DNA of 64,000 nt from contig NW_024704743.1 of the NCBI RefSeq assembly GCF_018977255.1, positions 70,558,001-70,622,000 of the forward strand. The letters are read 5' to 3'. Numbering within the stretch: the stretch's first letter is position 1; each line of letters begins with the position of its first letter. A program made the translations under genes and the position numbers. Under the pieces are notes generated by a model. The model made no database searches, was not told the origin of the DNA, and saw only the letters and a list, made by a program, of their open reading frames with translations. Of this stretch, positions 1 through 13,020 are shown one piece after another. Origin of the DNA: Callorhinchus milii (Eukaryota).

Positions 1-375
1 GCCATCCTTGGCCTTGCCCCCTCCTACCTCTCTGACCTGCTGACTCCCTACCAACCTGCCCCCTCCCTCCATTCAGCAGGCTCCGGTCTGCTCCATGTCT
101 CCCGCCCGACCTGCCCTACCATCGGTGGCCGGGCTTTCAGCCTCTCTGCTCTCACACTCTAAAACTCCACCCCACAGTCCCTTCACCTTGCTTCATCCCT
201 TGCCTCCTTCAAGGCCGGTCTCAATGACCCTTCTCTTCGATCGTGCCTTTGGTCGGCCTCTCACCTCCCTGCCTTCCCTCACCCCTACACCACCCCTCCC
301 CCATGCTCGGGTCCTGACACCTGACTATTCAGCACTTTGGGACTTCCTCCCAAGTGTAATTTTGTTGTTGTTGTT
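1..375 (+). mobile_element. L2-clade LINE 3' end (cut by window edge)
   Basis: C-terminal L2 ORF2 sequence (GLAPSYLSDLL...GRAFS) then C-rich 3' UTR and (TTG)n tail; similar to 53875-54325. Confidence 0.85.
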
Positions 376-551
376 GATGATTGGTATCTGTAGGCAAATT
401 CAGCAATCAGTTTGAATGCAGAATTGTCAAACAAACAGCCATGAAGTCAATGACAAATTTTATCTGGAGAATTGTAGGTCAGGAGATCAGGAAAAAAAAC
501 TTCCTTCTCTTTTCAAGTGCCATGGGATCATCAACATATGCCCAACAGCAG

Positions 552-923
552 ATAATAATAATCCTTGCATTTGATACAACGCTTTTCATGTCTTCTAGAC
601 GTCTCAAAACACTTCACAGAATATACGGTAAAGTGAATTCACTGTATATTTGTGGGCGAAACGTGGCAGCCAATTGCACACAGCAGTGTCCCACGAACAG
701 TCGTGGATTGAGAGACCAAATTCTTATTGTTTATTTTTCTTAATGGATTATAATCCCTGGAAAAGAGATCCGCCAATCAACTAACAACCAGGTTCCTACT
801 TAATGCTAGGTAAATAAAGGCATGTGGAGTAAGGAAACTTGCCCAACATTTCACACTGCGGGAATAGAACCCAAGTCTCTCACTTGTGAGGCGAGTACTG
901 TAACCACTGAGCTACAGGACTCC
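552..923 (-). mobile_element. tRNA-derived SINE, family A, long form; 3' monomer of a dimer
   Basis: Minus strand starts GGAGTCCTGTAGCTCAGTGG (box A) with GGTTCTATTCC (box B-like); ends in L2-like tail and (TAT)n. Confidence 0.9.
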
Positions 924-1270
924 ACAATATGGTGCTTTATTACATCTTCGAGACGCCTCAAAGCGTTTCACAGAGTATACTGTAAAGTGAATTGACTGTA
1001 TATTTTGTGGGCGAAACTCGGCAGCCAATTGCATACAGACATCTCTGAAAACAAACAGTCGTTGATCGATTGACCACATTTTTATTATTTTTTTTTGGAT
1101 GGGATTATTACTCCTGGACAATCGACTAACAACCAGATTCTTACTTACTGCTAGGTGAACAGAGGAATGTGGTGTAAGGAAATTTGCCAAACGTTTCGCC
1201 CTGCTGGGAATCAAACCCAGGTTCTCTCGCTTGTGAAACAAGTGCTCTTATCACTAAGTTATAAAACTCC
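924..1270 (-). mobile_element. tRNA-derived SINE, family A; 5' monomer of a dimer
   Basis: Second, more diverged copy directly abutting the previous one; lacks its own (TAT)n tail. Confidence 0.85.
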
Positions 1271-1347
1271 AATAATCTACAAAATATGTTTGGACTGTCT
1301 ATAAAATTTAAGTCAGAGTGATTTAAATAATATTCTTAACACACTTT

Positions 1348-1512
1348 ACATAGGAACATAGGAACAGGAGTAGGCTGTTCAGCCCTTCGAGCCTGTTCTG
1401 CCATTTAATTAGATCATAGCTGATCTGTACCTCAACTAATCCTTTCAATTCCAATTTCCCGCTTTCTCCCCATATCCCTTGATACGCCGACCTACCAAAA
1501 ATCTACCAATCA
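1348..1512 (-). mobile_element. CR1-clade LINE 3' terminal fragment
   Basis: (CATAGGAA)2 CAGGAGTAGGC..TTCAGCCC is the reverse complement of the CR1 3' end seen at 52050-52116. Confidence 0.75.
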
Positions 1513-1939
1513 CTACCTTCATTACAGCAATCTTCTTGAGCCAAGTATTTTGTTGGCTTCAATGGGTTGGAGTAGACAGGTTCTTATTGAATACAATTTA
1601 TATTTATATAGCGCCTTTCACATTGGGGGATATCTGAAAGCAATTTCCACAATTTAATTTGGTAAAGGTGATATTACAACAACAACAATTTGCATTTACA
1701 TAGTGCCCTTCATGCCAGATGGCTTCTCGGAGTGCTTATTACTAGACATCCAAGCCAGGATGGGGAGCTGAAGAGAATTGGGGGGAAGGGGGAGAAATGA
1801 ACGAACGTGATCAAACAGGTAGGTTTTGAGGCGGCCTTCGAAAGTGAGGAGGGAGGGGACAAGTTAGAGGGACTCTGGGATGGAGTTTGGGATAGTGGGT
1901 ACAGAATGTCTGAAAGTTTGCCCATTGATAGTGGGACGG

Positions 1940-2097
1940 CTTAATGTCTCATCTGAAACACAACACCTCTGACAAGGCAATGCCCCTGCCCCTGCCCTGC
2001 TGGAGTATTAGCTTTATAAGGTCTTAACATGGGGCTTCATTCTCACAACCTTCTGACTTAGAGGCAATAATGCTACCAACTGGACCAAGCTGACACC
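1940..2097 (-). mobile_element. Deu-domain SINE (family B) 5' fragment
   Basis: Matches the head of 38566-39005 in reverse (GTGTCAGCTTGGTCCAGTTGGTAGC...GAGTCAGAAGGTTGT-like). Confidence 0.65.
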
Positions 2098-3544
2098 CTA
2101 TAGGACAGCATTAATAGTGTTTAAAGACCTCAGAGGTAAAATAAAAAGAATATGGAAAATCCTGAAATATTACCGATTCAGATGAAAGTGACAGGAATGT
2201 TGAATTGACAATTTGAAAATTCTGATATTTGCCTTGTAAAGGGATGGGACCCAAAGCTGTTTTTTAAAAATAAAATGTGGGGCCAAAATCAAGGTGAATC
2301 CTGCGTAATCTTTCTTTTGCAATTTATTTTTGTAACCAGTAGTAGCAGAGTCATAGTTAATCATCCAAGAGCATTTGCTTGTGTTTTATTTTTAATTTGT
2401 TTTAAAAAGCTGTTTTGTAATCCTGTGAGCTGACCTTTAAATACAACAGAGCATATGATGTATTCCCAGCATTTAAATATGGTACACCTAGCACATCTTG
2501 TTAATTATATGTGTGTTAATGAAACATCTGTCCCAGCTAAGGAGATGGGATAAAAAAAATCTTGTGCACATTAGTATGGCCACTAGCCATTAATTGAGAT
2601 GAGAGATCTGAGTGAAGTATCTCACAAGTGCTGAACAAGAATAAATTGCTGCTGTCAAGGTATGTGCAATAACTTTAAATATTGTTTGACAAGTACTGAA
2701 GGTCGTAATAGTTTGGAATAGGATACTGAACTTTGTAATTTTGAGTAAAAAAAAGTCACCCGAGAAAGGTGCATCAAGTCAAATATACTTTGGTTATTTT
2801 TAGTTTACTTTTGCAAGGGGGCTTTATTTACCATCTCTAAGTTTATGTGAACACTGAAGGAGGAATTGCACTTTAAGTTATGTTAAGGCACTTGTACATA
2901 TGTTCTTGTAGTGAGTACCACAAAATGAACTGCCAACATTCCTGAATGTTAATTTATTAAATGTGGTAATTTAAGACATTAATGATAATTTACAAATTAT
3001 GCTAATTTTCCACCTTTAGAACTACTTGACCTTTATTAAATTGTCTGGCTTATTTCCCACTGGCGACAAGATTATTAAGATTGGTATCAACAATGAAGAA
3101 GTCAAGAAAAAAAACAGTTTGTGAACCAGAACTGAAGGTTTTAATCACAGAATTCTGTAAAACTTAAAGAACACCCACAAAAGTGCTTACCTTTTAGTTG
3201 GCATCGTCCTCAAAAAGTGACATTAAATCTTAGTTTCTTTGGGAGTAGTCGGAAAAGCCAGGAGTTATTTTTGTCCCAATGATGTCATGCACACATGATG
3301 TGATTTACTTTGTGTTATTATACCAAACAAACAATGTTTGCCAAACAATTGCTCATTGCTCAGGACCAACTGGAATTATTTGAGGAAATAATTAAATTAT
3401 TAGATGGGAGCTAGCCTGTGGATATAATCCACTCAGATTTACAAAAACATTTAGCAATATTTCACATATGAGACGATTGAAGAATATTAGGGTCGATGGA
3501 ATTAACAACAAATTAGCTAAAAGCATTAATTCACATGAATTTGG

Positions 3545-3772
3545 TTAAGATTTTAAACCAAGTCCCATCTGCCTGTTCAACAGACGTTAAAGATCCCATG
3601 GCACTATTTGAAAAGAGAAGGGAGTTTCTCCTGGAGTCCTGGCCAACAATTCACCCCAATAAAATTGTGGGAAAATGCTGTGCGCAAATTGGCTGCTTTG
3701 TTCACCCACAAATACACAGTCACTCCACTTCACAGTAAATCCTGTGAAGAGCTTTAGGACATCCCCCTGGCT
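3545..3772 (+). mobile_element. Deu-domain SINE (family B) 3' fragment
   Basis: GTTAAAGATCCCATGGCACTATTTGAAAAGAGAAGGGAGTTTCTCCTGG core, then the shared SINE 3' region. Confidence 0.75.
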
Positions 3773-3773
3773 A

Positions 3774-5235
3774 AACAACAACAACACAACAACAAAATTA
3801 CATTTGTATAATGCCTTTCACATCAGGAGGATGTCCCAAGGCGTTGGACAATCAGTGCTTTGGACCCAAGCTGAGGTTTGGGATTGGGGAGGGTAGTGGG
3901 CAGGGAGGGAAGGAGGGTGACTGAAGACACGGTCAAAGAGGAGGGGCTTGAGATGGGTCCTGAAGGAGGCAAGGGAGAGGGTGAGGCGGAGGACTGCAGT
4001 TTGGAGTTCCAGAGCATGGGGGCAGAGTGGCTGAAGGCCCGCCTGCCAATGGTGGGGTAAGTGAGGTGGGGGACGTGAAGCAAGCTGGAACCCACTGAGC
4101 GGAGGGAGCAGGCAGGTTGGTAGAGGTTTAGGAGGTCACAGAGGTAGGGGGGAGCAAAGAGCATGGAGGGCTTTGAAGGTGAGGACCAGGAGCTTGAACT
4201 TTATCCGCTGTGTGATGGGAAGTCAGTGGAGTTGGGCGAGGATGGGGGTGATAGGGTCGTGGAGCCTAATATGGGAGAGGACACGGGCTGCAGAGTTCTG
4301 GATGATCTGCAGTCTATGCAGGAAGGAGTTGGGGAGGCTGACAAGCAGAGACTTTGCGTACTCAAGCCTGGATGTTATGAATGCGTGTATGAGGGTCTCA
4401 ACAGCTTGCGGTGTGAGACTGTGGTGGAGACGGGCGATATTGCGGAGATGGGGGAAGACAGAGAGGAAGACAGGCCACATGGGGTAGAAAGGATAGTTGA
4501 GGGTCAAACAAGACATCAAGGTTCTGGACTGACTTAGTAACGTGAAGTGTGCATCCATGGATAGTGATGCTGTCAGTGCCTGAGGTGAGGAGGTGCTGAC
4601 GGAGCCAATCAGGAGGACCTCAGTCTTGTTGACGTTCAGCTGTAGAAAGTTAGCTCTCATCCAGGACTTGATGTCTGACAGACATTCTGTTAGGACAGCT
4701 GTGGTCCTGGAGTTGAGGGTGGAGACAGAGAGATAGAGTTGGGTGTCGTCCGCATACATGTGAAAATTGACTCATGTCTGTGGATGATGTCACCAAGAGA
4801 AAGCCATCGATATTGAAGAGGAGGGGACCAAGGAGAGAGCCCTGAAGAATGCCACATGAGACGGTGTGGGGGCTAGAGGAGAAATGTTTGTGGAGGTGAA
4901 GTGGAAATGATGTGAGAGGTATGATCTGAACCATTCAAGGGCAGAACCATGAAGGTTGACGTGAGAGGAAAGGTGGGGGAGGAGGGTAGAGTGGTCAACG
5001 GTATTGAAGGCAGCAGAGTGGCCAAGGAGGATGAGGAGGCAGAGGGTGCCCTAGTCGCAGATGGACAAAATGTCATTTGTCACGTTGACCAAAGCTTTTT
5101 CTGTACTGTGGGAGGCAATGGAAACCTGATTGGAGGGATTTGTGAAGGGAGTGGTGGGAGAAGAAGGAGCGAAGGTGGGAAGCAACAACTCGTTCCAGGA
5201 CCTTGCAAAGGAAGGGGAGATTGGAGGTGGGGCAT
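3774..5235 (-). mobile_element. L2-clade LINE, 5'-truncated, degenerate RT
   Basis: ORF 4223-4759 reads MYADDTQLY...NFLQLNVNKTE...LIHAFITSRLEY; (CAA)n tail at left end; frameshifts and deletions. Confidence 0.92.
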
Positions 5236-5497
5236 TAGTTTGAGAGGATTATTATACCAAATGCAAGGATTATTATTTATTATTATCATTGTTATTAACT
5301 CTTTCAATGTTTTGAAGAGTAGTGATTAATGACATTACAGTTGGGCTTGTTCTGGCCTTGCCACACTGTTCATATTGTTTCTGAAGAATATGCAGGAGGG
5401 TATCTCTTGCAGTATAAAAATTGTGGTCAAAGATGTCACTTTAGCTTATTAACTAATGATGAATTTTAATGTCGATGGAAGCTGATACACCTTGAAA

Positions 5498-8400
5498 AAG
5501 TCCTGCTGATCGCTCGTTTCCGGTCTCTGCGTGTACATTTTGGCTGCCGCCCCGACCAGAGCCTCCCCCTCTATGTCTCTCCTCCCACCCCCCTCTATGT
5601 CTCTCCTCTCACCCCCCTCTATCCGCTACTCCCCCTCTGTCCTTCTCTCCCACCGCCCTCCCCGCCTTCTCTCTCTCCTCTTCCCTCTGCTCCAGCCTGA
5701 GCATCCTCCGCCAGGCCCATCGTGGCTCCCGGCACTGGCTGTCCCAGAGCAGCAACCCCAAGTATCCAATCATTCACTCCCTCCGCTTAAACCGCCTCCT
5801 TACGGCAAACTCAACTCTCCCTTCCCTCATACCTACCCTCCCCAACTCTCAACTCACATCACTCTCCCCAACCATTTCCCCTGTACAACTCAAAATCCTC
5901 TTTGCACCACTCTCTCCTCCCTCCCCTCCCTCCAGCAAACCCACCTGCATTTCCCTCCAAATTGTCTGTTCCTTCTCAAATAAAGCCCTCACCGTCCACG
6001 ACCTCATCTTGGACGAGCACCTTGATATTCTTGGGCTCACTGAAACCTGGCTCTCCCTCAATGACCCCGTACCCCTAGTGGAAGCCTCCCCTCCAGGCTA
6101 TACCTTCCACCACAACCCCCATCCAAACCAACGTGGCGGCGGGGTGGCTCTCATTTCCAAAGCCTCCCTTGGTCTCACCCCCTACTCCTCTGGCTGCTTC
6201 CCCTCCTTCAAGCACCTCACCCTCTTCCACCCCTCTCTCCCATTGACAATCCTCCTTGTCTACCGCCCCTCCAAGTCCCCCGGCTCCTTCCACACAGACA
6301 TCTCTACTCTCCTCTCTTCCCTGTCCCTCTGCTCCGAGCGCCTGCTCATAATGGGTGATTTCAACCTCCACCTAAACTCCCCCTGCACTCTCCTCCCTAA
6401 ACCTTACCCTCCATATAAATTCACCCACCCACAACCGCGATCATGCATTTGACCTCGTTATCACTCACGGCCTTGACATTTCCGACCTCAGCATAGTGGA
6501 CAAGGCCATCTCGGACCACTTTTTCATCTCCTTCTCCTCTCACATCCCTCTCTCCTCCACTAAGGCCTCAACCATCCTCTACTGCCCTTGGAAAAGGCTA
6601 ACCCCTGAGACCCCCACAAAGGCCCTCTCATCATCATGGGTCGTGGCCCCTCACCCGAGGAGATCCTGAAGCAGTCGTCCAGCTGCTCTATGTTCGCCTC
6701 TCCTCCACCTTCAATTCCCTCATGCCCCTAAAATCCAGGACCATCCCCAAACCCACCCAATCCCCCTGGTACAACAACAATCTCCGCCACCAAAAAACCA
6801 AACCTGTCTGCTCGAGCACAGATGGCGGAAAACTGGCCTGACAGTTCACCGCCAACTGTGGCTCGAGCATCTCCACAGCTATCACCGTTCTTTGACTCAT
6901 GCAAAAATGGCCTTCTACTCCAACATCATCTTGGAGGCTAAACACAACCCAAAAATCCTTTTTTCCACCACCCACTACCTCCTCCGTGCCCCCCTCAGGC
7001 CTCCTCAATCTTTATACCCAATGCCAAGTACGAGGAGGTCATGAACTTCTTTTCTTCTAAAATACTTAACATCCGCCAGGCAGCCTCATCCACCTGCCTC
7101 TTGTCACCCACCGCCACGCCCTCTCTGTTCCCCTCACCTTCCTCATCATCTGCTCCTATCACCACCCCCATTCTACATTCCTTCCTCCCCATCTCTCCCT
7201 CCTCCTTCTCACCCACCATCACCTCCATGACACCCACCACCTGCTGCCTCGACCCCCTCCCCACCAACTTACTGGTCACACAGCTCCCCCTTCTCTGCCC
7301 ACTATTGGCTGACATCATCAACAAGTCCCTCTCCTCCAGATCAGTCCCTGCCTCCCTCAAAACTGCTGTCATCACCCCGCTCCTGAAAAAACCCTCTCTA
7401 GATCCCTCAAACCCCAGCCACTACCGCCCTATTTCTAACCTGCCCTTCCTCTCAAAAGTTCTAGAATGCATCGTTGCCAACCAACTTCGCGTACACCTCT
7501 CCTCCCACTTCCTCTTCGAACCCCTCCAGTCCGGTTTCCGCCCTCCCCACAGTACAGAGACTGCGCTTGTGAAAGTCACAAATGACATCCTCTCTATCTG
7601 TGACCAGGGCTCCCTCTGCCTCCTTCTCCTCCTGGATCTCTCCATGGCATTTGATACAGTCGATCACGCCATCCTCCTCCACCGCCTTTCCTCCATCATC
7701 CACCTCAGTGGGACCGCACTCACCTGGTTCGAGTCCTACTCACAAACCGCCAGCAGTACATCTGCAGAAACAGCTTCTCCTCCCGCTCTCACCCGGTTAC
7801 CTGCGAGGTACCCCAAGGATCCATCCTTGGCCCCCTCCTCTTTCTGATCTATATATGCTCCCTCTTGGGGATGTCATCCGCAGACATGGGGTACATTTCC
7901 ACATGTATGCAGATGATACCCAACTCTATTTTTCCACCTCTCTTTGCGACCCCCAGTCCCCTGATGTTCTGTCAGCCTGCCTGTCAGATCTCAGGGGCTG
8001 GATGAGCGCAAACTTCCTTCAGCTGAACGTTGACAAGACGGAAGCCATACTCTTTGGCTCTCGTCAACGTCTAAAATCTCATGGTTCTCATCTCCTCCAC
8101 CTACCCAACCTCCCCCTAAAAGTCTCCGAAAACGTACGCAACCTAGGCGTCAGGTTCGACCCCCAATTATCCTTCCTTCCCCACATCCGGTCCCTTACCA
8201 GCACCGCCTTCTACCACCTCTGACGCATTGCCCGTCTCCGCCAATACCACTCCCCAAAAGCCGCTGAAACCCTGATCCATGCCTTGGTCACCTCTCGGCT
8301 GGACTACTGCAATGCCCTCCTCGCTGGTCTCCCATCCACTTCCATCCATAAAATCCAAATCATTCAAAACTCTGCTGCCCGCATTCTCACCCGCACAAAA

Positions 8401-8852
8401 CTCTGCTCCCCGAATCACCCCAGTCCTTGCCAGACTGCACTGGCTGCCTATCCCAGAGAGGATCGATTTCAAGATCCTCACCCTTGTATTCAAGTCCCTG
8501 CACTCTTCTGCACCCCCCTACCTCTCTGACCTCCTCTCTCCTCAAAACAGTACCCGTTGCCTTTGTTCCTCCGGGTCTGGCCTCCTCCTTGTCCCCCGAG
8601 TCCTCCGCTCCACCCTCAGCGGCCGTGCCTTCATCCACTATGCCCCGAGGCTCTGGAACTGCCTTCCTCACTCCCTTCATCTCATTCCCTCCCTTCCCAT
8701 TTTCAGGTCTCTGCTGAAGACCTTTCTTTTCGATCGCACCTTTGGTCACATTCCCCCACTCCCCCTGGCTCGATCCCAGGATCTGTTTCTGTAAAGGGCT
8801 CTGAGACGCCATCCGGTGTGGAGGGCGCTATAAAAAGTTGGTGTTGTTGTTG
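5498..8852 (+). mobile_element. Near-full-length L2-clade LINE (APE endonuclease + RT), frameshifted
   Basis: APE motifs (LDILGLTETWL, VYRP, MGDFNLH, SDHF) at about 5950-6520. RT motifs (YRPISNLPFLSKVLE, QSGFR, LDLSMAFDTVDH, MYADDTQLY) at 7041-8220. 3' stem-loop and (GTT)n tail; possible TTGAAA TSD. Confidence 0.95.
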
Positions 8853-10389
8853 TTGAAAGATAGAACATGTTTACAGAAGTGACTATAGTCAAAAGGGGAA
8901 AAAGTGAAGAGTATTGTTCTCCAGGATTTCCTGAAATGTATCCTGTCAATGTAAAGCAGCTGGGCAACAAGGTTACTGATTGCTAACTGCATCTGAACAA
9001 CATTAAATTATTAATAAAATAAGTCATTAAATTTTGGGTGGAGGTTCAATTGGAATAATTGTGGGGATAATGTACTAAAAATTGATTTATTATTAGTGAA
9101 TCCGACAGGTAACTAGATGTGTCTCACACTGACAGCTGTGAATTTCCTACTAGCCATCGGGAGCCTTTTTGAATAAATCCAACTTCACAGAAGTTGAAAT
9201 TGGATTGCTGAGTGGAATTCCAGTGAGTCGGTCTGGATACAGTTAGATTCCTGCAGGATTTGCTTTTTAAAAATCCTTTCCAGATCTCACCATTTCAGAC
9301 CCCATTGTGTGCTACTGTGAGCATCATTCTTTAACAAGGACATTGACACATTGCAGAGAAGAGTCGTAAGATTAACCACATGTCATGTAACAAAGAGAGT
9401 CCCAGAACTAAACTGTTGTTCATTGGTGTGAAAGGCACCTGACAGGAGACATCAATGACATTGTTAAAATAATAATAATATTCCTTAAAGTTGATACAAC
9501 GCCTTTCATGTCAGGAGGATGTCTCAAAATTCTTCACAGGATACAATGTAAAGTGTAACCACTAGATAATTTGGGACGAACGTGGCAGCCAATTTGCACA
9601 GCAATGTCCATCAAACAGACATGAAATGAATAAACAATTTTATTTGGGGGGTTGTTGGCCAGGACCCTGGGAGAAACTCCATTCTGAGGGGCATGGACAA
9701 TATGGATGAAAAGAAGCCTTGGGCTGTGAATGCAGAATTAGAAGACAGTTACTCCACAGATGAATGGATATATGAATCAAAAGGCAAATAAAAATTGTTA
9801 GTGCTTTTTTGATTAAAGACATTAAAGAAAGAAGATATAATGCTGGAACTGGTTATATAGTTATTTATTTGTTGATTTAATACTGTATAGAACATGATAG
9901 TTTCTCAGCTGCTGGAATCAAGCATATTTATGATTGAGAATCAACTGGTCAGTAAAGGTGATCGGTTTCACAGGTAACAATAATAATCCTTATAATCCTT
10001 GCATTTGGCGTAGCACTTGTCACATCAGGAGGAAGTGCCAAAACACTACACAGGACACAGGCTATAATGTGAAATGGAGTGACTCTATGTTTTGTTAGCA
10101 AAAGTGGCAGCCAATTTGCGAACAGCGAAATCCCATGTAATGCTATGTTTGCTTGTTTGACCATTAGATGGGGTGGGAGGGGAGGGGGGGGAGGTAGAGG
10201 CTAGAGCTAACCTCAGGTTGTCTACTTTTTCTTCCCCTAATGTAATGTTCACTGACCTTTTTGACACTGACAAATTAGAAAATAGTTCTTCAAAAATATA
10301 TTCACAGATAATAATCTGTCAAGTTTTTAATTCATATTATATTTTCTTAGATGGTTCATCAATTACCCCAAACACTGTAGTCTCTAATT

Positions 10390-10870
10390 AAAGCTCCCGA
10401 GGAGATGGAGGGGAAAGATGCTGAACACTCTAAGAGAACAGCTCTCTGGAGACAACAGTCCAAGAGACACGTTGAGTAGAAGACCCCTCCAGGAAAGGAA
10501 CACCAAAGGCAGAGTTAAAGGAGTAGATTTTGAGGTGGAATTTAAAGACAAAGAGGGAGAAGATAGAAGAGTAGAGGGAGGGAGCTCCAGAGGTAGGGAC
10601 ATAGTAGCCAAAGGCCACTGACGGTGTTGCAGATAGGGTGCGCGCAGGAGTCCTGAATGGAGGGGGCAAACAGAAAAGACGACTAGGGTAGGATAAGGTC
10701 ATAGAGAAAGGGAAGTGCAAGGATGAAAGGATTTATAGGTGAGGCTGAATACTTTGAAATCGATCGTTTGGGAGACAGGGTGGCAATGGAGGCTGGTAAG
10801 GATAGGAGTGATGTAGAGTTTGTTCCAGGTGAAGATGTGGGCAGCAACATTTTGGAGCTTCTGACATTTT
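10390..10870 (-). mobile_element. Old L2 3' fragment
   Basis: Degenerate reverse match to the L2 3' region (..LHCHPVSQTIDFKVF.., LWSSLP..). Confidence 0.55.
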
Positions 10871-11039
10871 ATAAGATCATGGAAAATCTTTTAATTCCAT
10901 TTCCTTTTTTTTCATAGCCCTTAACATCCTTATTTCTCAAGTAACTATCTGCCCTCCTTTTAAAAAAAAGCAGAAGTTATTAAATATATTTAATGAATAT
11001 ATCTTTGAGGCTTTTTTTTAAAACCAGAGAGGAAAGTAA

Positions 11040-11720
11040 CAATATGTCATCCAACATCTAAAAGATACTGTTGTGTGAGCTCTGGGATTTTGACATTAAT
11101 GAGGTAGAGGTTTTAGATAGGCTCAAGGGGCTTTAAGTCAATAAATTCCCAGTGACAGATGAACTATATCAGGGTACTTAGAAAGACAAGGAAGAAGATT
11201 TGTGAAGTATCAGCAATTAATTTGAGGGATTCAATGAACACTGGGGAGGTTCTGACAGATGAAAACAGTCAAATGTCTTTTTCATATTCAAGAGGCCATA
11301 TCTGGTAGCTGGAAACCCATTAACACAGAAATGAAAATGGAAACCTAATGGAATCAATAATCCAAGATGCAAAAGAAAGAACACCCACACAAAAACAAGT
11401 ATAATGTTTTAAAAATGTATAACAACATCTACAGTTAGGTAGGTCTGATCTGACCTCCTCGTAGGCCTTTCTGAGGAGATGACATCCACAACTGACAATG
11501 GGAAACAACATGACCTATGTGCACTGTGTGCAATTAACAAAGTGAACATGATGCTGGGCTACATTGTCAAATCAGTTGTATTCAAATTGTTAAAACTATA
11601 CAATGATGCTGTGTTCAGATCACACCCCATGATGGTTGTGGCAGGATCCATATTAGCTTTCTCAGAACGGTATAGAGTTCTGATCACCATGATTTCAGAA
11701 ACCTCCAGGCTCTAGAGACA
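11040..11720 (+). mobile_element. Old CR1 ORF2 fragments
   Basis: Degenerate LKGLKVNK.PVTD.LY and KVNMMLGYIVKSV..K..LYN segments. Confidence 0.55.
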
Positions 11721-11774
11721 GTGCAGAGGAAATATTGATGTAAAGTGGATAACCCGTGAGGAATAACTAGTGTT

Positions 11775-12068
11775 CCCACAAACAACCATTAATCTCATTT
11801 TATCTGGGGGATTGTTGGCCGGGACACCGGCAGGAACTCCCTTCTCTTTTCAATAGTTCCATGGTATCTTTAACATTCATCTATCCAGGCAGATGGGGCC
11901 TTGGTTTAGTGTGTCATCTGAAGGACCACACCTCCAACAATGCAGCAAGTCCCCCATCATTGCATTAGAGTGGTTGTTTGGACTAAATGAGTTCCAAATC
12001 CTGACTTGGGCTTGAATCCACAACCTTCTGATGCAAAGAGGAGAGTGCTACCAATTGAACCAGGTGAA
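11775..12068 (-). mobile_element. Deu-domain SINE (family B)
   Basis: Reverse match to the family B head and the Deu core (CCATGGTATCTTTAAC, GTCATCTGAAGGAC). Confidence 0.75.
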
Positions 12069-12744
12069 CAAACATATGCTAAGGTAACAGAATAAGAGTG
12101 CATAAATTCAGTGTTATACAGTACGATAAATTGGGATAAACTACCAGTTCTTTACACAGAGGGCAATTAAAGCCTGGATACTGAACTTATTGAATAAGTA
12201 GCTTGATACACTAATGGTACAGTCAGATCCAATGGGCTAAAGGAACTTCTTCAGCCAAATTCATCTTGTAAGCATACATCACTTTAGAGGAGAGCAAGTG
12301 ACACGTTTGATACAAGGTCAAGACTTAGAACCTCAATACATTGATCCAGAATTCAAAGACAGCAGGTCACAGGGAATGGTGATAAATTAAAACCATTGAG
12401 AGTGCTATTGTACCAGCTGGCTGCACATGTTCATCTGTTGTCTCTGGAAATGTTCTTCTGTGTGATACTGGGATATTGCCAGTCAGAGCTCCATTGGGTT
12501 GTTTGATGTGCAGTCTGGAGGAACTAAATGTTTTAACTGCCACTGGAGTCTGATGCATACTGCTCACAAACATAAGCAAACACAAGCATTCCATATGTCT
12601 ACTTGTTCTCCAGGTGAGTTGTTATAGATGTCAAAGATCCCAAAACACTATTTGAAAAGAGAAGTGAGTTTCTCCAAGTGTTCTGGCCAACAATACTGCA
12701 GATTAAGTGATGATTCACTTCGTAGTTGTTTGTGGCACGAAGGA

Positions 12745-13020
12745 CTATAGAAATTTACAGCAGAGAAGAAGGTCATTTGGCCCATTGTGTCTGGCTGGCT
12801 TTTTTAAGAGAAATCCTTTCAGTCCCATTTTACCTGCTCCTTTCCTGTACCATGTAGTGAACTCCTTTTCTTTCTCTTTTGAAACCTGATATTGATTGTG
12901 ACACAACCATTGCTCCTGGCAGGGCATTCCATGTCCTAACTACTTTGTGTGTGAAAAACAATTCTCCTAACCTTCCTATTTGGTAGCTATCTTAAATTGA
13001 TTCCCTGTTGTCACCTTATT
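12745..13020 (-). mobile_element. CR1 3' fragment inserted in a family B SINE (12610-13270)
   Basis: ATAGAAATTTACAGCAGAGAAGAAGGTCATTTGGCCC terminus and GGCAGGGCATTCCA (reverse of WNALP); flanked by SINE pieces. Confidence 0.6.

Noticed and set aside
3774..8852. Large inverted repeat formed by two opposed L2 copies
   Set aside because: Different, diverged subfamilies inserted independently; not a single palindromic element.
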